From an uncultured Deferribacteres bacterium (GTDB lineage Bacteria > Zhuqueibacterota > Zhuqueibacteria > Zhuqueibacterales > Geothermadaptataceae): a stretch of 29,213 nucleotides of DNA. Below, one piece after another: positions 25,698 to 29,213 of this stretch. How positions within the stretch are numbered: position 1 is the first letter of the stretch; each line of letters opens with the position of its first letter. The stretch lies in contig CAXHAT010000092.1 of the NCBI GenBank assembly GCA_964014485.1, positions 1-29,213 of the forward strand. The letters run 5' to 3'. The translations under genes were made by a program, and so were the position numbers. The notes beneath the pieces were generated by a model. That model did not search any database. It was not told where the DNA came from and saw only the letters and a list, made by a program, of their open reading frames with translations.

Positions 25698-26171
25698 TCA
25701 GTTTCTTGCAGTAACCGAAATTAGATCTTGGGGAGAAATGGCCGCGGTAAGAGGAGATGCAGGAGAGAGCATATCCCGAACGGTAATATTGTTCAGGATT
25801 TGATCGATGTTGAATTGTAAGACTTGCCACAAAGAGCGAATGGAACAATCGATTGAATTTGTGCAAAGCTTTTTAAGTCCCGCGTGGTTTTCGCAAAACT
25901 CATCGTTATAAAGCTGCCCGCCCAAATCTTTTAAAACCTCGCCAAGAACGATTTTCTCCGGCGCCCGCGAGAGCGTGTAGCCGCCGTCCTTGCCGCGATT
26001 GCTCTTGATGTAGCCGCCCAGGCGCAATATGCGGCAAAGCTTGGCCACATTGGCCGCCGAAAGCCCTTCGGACTGGCTGATTTCAGGAATCGGAACGCCC
26101 GCCGTTTCCGGTGCGCGGGCGATCCGAAGCAAAATTCTCAATCCGTATTCTTCTTGAGCAGTGATTTTCAT
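25698..26171 (-). CDS. Rrf2-family transcriptional regulator, probably Fe-S binding
   Basis: MKITAQEEYGLRIL, winged-HTH SNRGKDGGYTLSRAPEKI, and C-terminal FCENHAGLKKLCTNSIDC (3 Cys). Confidence 0.92.
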   Translation of the reverse strand: MKITAQEEYGLRILLRIARAPETAGVPIPEISQSEGLSAANVAKLCRILRLGGYIKSNRGKDGGYTLSRAPEKIVLGEVLKDLGGQLYNDEFCENHAGLKKLCTNSIDCSIRSLWQVLQFNIDQILNNITVRDMLSPASPLTAAISPQDLISVTARN

Positions 26172-26213
26172 CGCAAAAGTTGAGTTTTAAGCTCATTCTT
26201 GCAGCCTGAAGAC

Positions 26214-26279
26214 TGGACTACAAACGGCAGAGCTTTATTAACTCTCGGAATAGAAGAATGCTCAGTCGTTTGTAGTCCA
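26214..26279. repeat. REP-like inverted repeat pair (CTAC/GTAG)
   Basis: TGGACTACAAACGGCAGAGC (26214-33) and GCTCAGTCGTTTGTAGTCCA (26260-79) are 20-nt arms with 2 mismatches. Confidence 0.7.
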
Positions 26280-26333
26280 CTTTAGCGTGTCTTTGTATAT
26301 ATCATACCTTGAGGCTGACTTAAGGTTATCGTA

Positions 26334-26879
26334 CTAATTATTGCCGTTAAACATCGGAATTTTGGACCCGCAAGCGCGGGCGTGCTGCACTTTGGCAAAA
26401 TCTTCCGGCGCGATGGAAGGCCCGGGACGCTCGCAATGCTCTTCAAAAGCTTGCACCAAAATCTCGGCGATCTGTCCGGCGTTGCGGCCTTCGATTTCAT
26501 AGCGGTGCAGCATAAAAACAACCTCGCCGTTTTTGAACAACGCCATGCATGGAGATGACGGCGGAAACTGGCCCAAATGCTCGCGACGAAGACGATCAAC
26601 GGCCAACTTTTCTTGCCCGGCGAAAACCGTGGTCAGCTTGTCTGGAATGACGCTGTTCTGCAAAGCCATCGAAGCGCCGGGACGCGCACTGCCGGCCGCG
26701 CAGCCGCAAACAGAGTTGACCATGACGAATACCGTCTGATCCGGGCTGTTTGAAATGGCGTCGTCAACATCTTCCGAGGTCATCAATTCTTCAAAGCCAA
26801 CCGCGACAAGTTCGTCACGCATCGGTTGAACGGCAAAGGGATCATAAGTCGGTTGTGCGGATATGGGGAATTGCGTCAT
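26334..26879 (-). CDS. BrxA/BrxB family bacilliredoxin (YphP/YqiW-like) with a C-terminal extension
   Basis: PMRDEL..GFEEL, VNSVCGCAAGSARP, TVFAGQEK.A, PPSSP.MALFKNG and RYEIEGR. Confidence 0.92.
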   Translation of the reverse strand: MTQFPISAQPTYDPFAVQPMRDELVAVGFEELMTSEDVDDAISNSPDQTVFVMVNSVCGCAAGSARPGASMALQNSVIPDKLTTVFAGQEKLAVDRLRREHLGQFPPSSPCMALFKNGEVVFMLHRYEIEGRNAGQIAEILVQAFEEHCERPGPSIAPEDFAKVQHARACGSKIPMFNGNN

Positions 26880-26926
26880 TTTTGTTCTCTCACGTTTATT
26901 TTTGAACACCAATATTTGTAATCAAC

Positions 26927-26953
26927 GTCATTCCCGCGCAGGCGGGAATCCAG
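26927..26953. repeat. Short palindromic repeat of the ATTCCC-N8-GGGAAT (dRS3/RPE-like) type
   Basis: GTCATTCCCGCGCAGGCGGGAATCCAG, with a second copy at 29161-29187. Confidence 0.85.
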
Positions 26954-26974
26954 TGCATTTTTAAAGATGTCAAT

Positions 26975-27002
26975 GGCCAAGAGCTAAAAGCCAACAGCCC
27001 AA
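26975..27002. repeat. Degenerate heptamer tandem repeat (4 units)
   Basis: GGCCAAG-AGCTAAA-AGCCAAC-AGCCCAA directly after the sufT stop codon. Confidence 0.5.
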
Positions 27003-27004
27003 AA

Positions 27005-27361
27005 TCAAAACATATTCAACTCAAGCTTCGCGGCTTCGCTCATCATGTCCGGGTTCCACGGCGGATCCCAAACGACTTCCACTTTTGCCACGTTAACGCC
27101 CTCAACGCTCTGCACTCTGTCCTCGACTTCCGGCGGCAGACTTCCCGCAACCGGACACATGGGCGAGGTGAGCGTCATCTCAACATCGACGTTATTTTCG
27201 TCGTCCACGTCAATGCTGTAAATCAGGCCGAGGTCATAAATGTTCACCGGAATCTCCGGATCGTAGCACATTTGGATGGCCTTGACGACCTCCATTTGCA
27301 ATACGAGCTTATCCTTATCAAACGACGTTTCTTGCACTGCATCAGCGGCTGCTTCTGACAT
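27005..27361 (-). CDS. sufT: SUF-associated Fe-S assembly protein (DUF59/MIP18, SufT/PaaD-like)
   Basis: YDPEIPVNIYDLGLIY, MTLTSPMCPVAGSLP and VWDPPWNPDMMSEAAKLEL. Confidence 0.9.
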   Translation of the reverse strand: MSEAAADAVQETSFDKDKLVLQMEVVKAIQMCYDPEIPVNIYDLGLIYSIDVDDENNVDVEMTLTSPMCPVAGSLPPEVEDRVQSVEGVNVAKVEVVWDPPWNPDMMSEAAKLELNMF

Positions 27362-27373
27362 TTGCCAATCCTC

Positions 27374-27838
27374 TTATTCTGTTGAAACGACTTTGCTTTC
27401 GTTATCTTTTTTTTCCATCGCGGCGATAGCTGTGTGCCAAGCCAGGCTGGCGCATTTAACACGCGAGGGATATTCTCGCACGCCGGAAAAAACGGCAAGT
27501 TTGCCCAAGGCCGCCGCATCAATTTCTTCAGACGGTTCAGCCGTAATCATTTCTTGAAATTTATCAAAAATTTCTTTCGCTTCAGCAAGAGACTTGCCTT
27601 TCAAAATCGTCGTCATCACCGAAGCCGACGCCTTCGAAATGGCACAACCGGCGCCTTCGAATCGCACATCTTTGATCACGCCTTGTTCGACGTCCAAATC
27701 AAGACTGAGCTTGTCGCCGCACAACGGGTTGTAACCGTCCGCTTCATGCGAGGGCGCTTCAAGCGCGCCATAATTCTTCGGGTTTTTGTTGTGATCCAGA
27801 ATGATTTGCTGATACAAATCACGCATGCCGCCGTCCAT
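27374..27838 (-). CDS. sufU: SUF system NifU-like sulfur-transfer protein SufU
   Basis: LYQQIILDH.KNP.N.G, NPLCGD, GCAISKASAS and RVKCA.L.W. Its ATG overlaps the sufS stop (ATGA). Confidence 0.93.
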   Translation of the reverse strand: MDGGMRDLYQQIILDHNKNPKNYGALEAPSHEADGYNPLCGDKLSLDLDVEQGVIKDVRFEGAGCAISKASASVMTTILKGKSLAEAKEIFDKFQEMITAEPSEEIDAAALGKLAVFSGVREYPSRVKCASLAWHTAIAAMEKKDNESKVVSTE

Positions 27839-29112
27839 CAGCGAAACACCTCGATAATTTTCCGTAATCCCGCCGCCAAACGATCCAATTCTTCTCTCGT
27901 GTTGTAAAGCGCCAGCGAAGCTCGCGTCGTCGCGGGAATGTTGTAGCGATCCATCACCGGCTGAGTGCAATGATGCCCGGTGCGAACCGCAATCCCGTCG
28001 TGATCGAGCATCGTGCCAATATCATGCGGATGCACGTCTTCAACCACAAACGACAGGACGCCCGCCTTGTTTTTCGCCGTTCCGATCATGCGTACGCCGT
28101 CGATTTCCGAGATCGTTTTTTCGCCGTATGCGAGCAAGTCACATTCATGCTTTTGAATGCGTTCGTACCCAACTTTTTCAATATATTTCAACGCTTCCGA
28201 GAGCGCTATGCCGTCGGCAATATTCGGCGTGCCCGCTTCGAATTTATAAGGCAGTTCGTTGAAAGTCGTTTTTTCAAAAGTGACCGAAAGAATCATGTCG
28301 CCGCCGCCCTGGTAGGGTGGCATTTTGTCGAGTAATGCTTCTTTGCCGTAAAGCACGCCGATTCCGGTCGGGCCAAAAACTTTGTGACCGGAAAAAGCGA
28401 GAAAATCACAATCCAGTTCCTGCACGTCGACCGCCAGATGCGGCAGGGCTTGCGCAGCGTCGAGAAGCACCGGGATCTCGCGTTCGTGCGCTGCTTGAAT
28501 CATTTCACGCACCGGATTGACCGTGCCGAGCGAGTTCGAGACATAAACGGCGGCAACTAGTTTCGTGCGGTCATTCAAGAGCTTTTCGAACTCTTCGAAG
28601 ATCACGTCGCCGTCGTCGTCAATCGGCGCGATGCGCAATTTTGCGCCTTTTTCTTCACAGAGCAATTGCCAGGGTACAATGTTCGAATGATGCTCCATCC
28701 CTGTGATGACAATCTCGTCGCCCTCGCCGACGTTCGTACGCCCAAAAGTCGCCGCGACCAAATTCACGCTTTCGCTCGTGCCGCGCGTGAAAATGATTTC
28801 CTTTGCAGACTTCGCGTTGATGAATTTTTGAATGAACTTGCGCGAATCTTCATACTTTTTCGTTGCCAATTCGCTCAAGTAATAAACGCCGCGATGAATG
28901 TTCGCATTTTCCGCTTCATAGTATCGACGGATGGCGTCAATCACAACGCGAGGCTTTTGCGTCGTCGCCGCGTTGTCGAGATACGCGAGCGGCTTACCGT
29001 GGACTTCAAGGCTGAGAATTGGAAAATCCGCGCGTATTTTTTCAACGTCGAAGTTCGGTACAGCGCCGTTTGAGGAAACGCTCACGGAAATTTCTTCATC
29101 GAGAGTTTTCAT
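27838..29112 (-). CDS. sufS: Cysteine desulfurase, group II
   Basis: IRADFPIL, YLDNAATTQKP, EHHSN, PLP lysine motif SGHK, EAGTPN and catalytic RTGHHC. Confidence 0.97.
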   Translation of the reverse strand: MKTLDEEISVSVSSNGAVPNFDVEKIRADFPILSLEVHGKPLAYLDNAATTQKPRVVIDAIRRYYEAENANIHRGVYYLSELATKKYEDSRKFIQKFINAKSAKEIIFTRGTSESVNLVAATFGRTNVGEGDEIVITGMEHHSNIVPWQLLCEEKGAKLRIAPIDDDGDVIFEEFEKLLNDRTKLVAAVYVSNSLGTVNPVREMIQAAHEREIPVLLDAAQALPHLAVDVQELDCDFLAFSGHKVFGPTGIGVLYGKEALLDKMPPYQGGGDMILSVTFEKTTFNELPYKFEAGTPNIADGIALSEALKYIEKVGYERIQKHECDLLAYGEKTISEIDGVRMIGTAKNKAGVLSFVVEDVHPHDIGTMLDHDGIAVRTGHHCTQPVMDRYNIPATTRASLALYNTREELDRLAAGLRKIIEVFR

Positions 29113-29160
29113 TAACACGCACTCAAAAGTTGTGCATTGATTAAAAAAGCGCGTCGCTTT

Positions 29161-29213
29161 GTCATACCCGCGCAGGCGGGTATCCAGACAACGACGCCCC
29201 AAAGCTGGATACC
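29161..29213. repeat. Second dRS3/RPE-like palindrome plus the start of its inverted partner, truncated by the window end
   Basis: GTCATACCCGCGCAGGCGGGTATCCAG (29161-87), then CTGGATACC (29205-13), which is the reverse complement of its 3' end. Confidence 0.85.

Noticed and set aside
26690..26712. Selenocysteine recoding in the Brx CxC motif or other redox genes
   Set aside because: The codons are TGC-GGC-TGC, and no in-frame TGA interrupts any called gene.

Overview
This 29.2-kb bacterial window is very likely a whole metagenomic contig. Bases 1-45 are un-trimmed Nextera/Illumina adapter, and both ends stop inside palindromic repeats. The gene content suggests an FCB-associated lineage such as KSB1/Calditrichota/Ignavibacteria (inference): a NYPNPFNP-type C-terminal sorting domain, an ~800-aa FtsX-type permease and a BrxA/B protein. 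Left to right: an ECF-like sigma-70 factor; serS; a STAS anti-anti-sigma protein; an acyl-CoA carboxyltransferase beta subunit; a membrane anti-sigma-like protein coupled to a flavin reductase; yhbY; an ABC permease; secreted oligopeptidase B; an MscS channel with a duplicated TM module; a SIMPL protein; a Tat-exported PaoABC-like Mo/FAD/FeS oxidoreductase operon followed by a small 6-Cys protein; a 2256-aa secreted heparinase II/III-like + purple acid phosphatase fusion with FN3/CBM32 stalks; and the tail of a SUF operon (sufS-sufU-sufT-brxA/B-Rrf2). The most notable items are: (1) the two-enzyme giant exoprotein; (2) a Cys-extended bacilliredoxin embedded in the SUF operon; (3) an unannotated Cys-rich fourth gene of the molybdoenzyme operon, preceded by two interleaved perfect inverted repeats; and (4) a ~200-bp branched palindromic element present twice, with a conserved loop on a covarying stem. 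All calls come from reading the sequence; no database searches were run.
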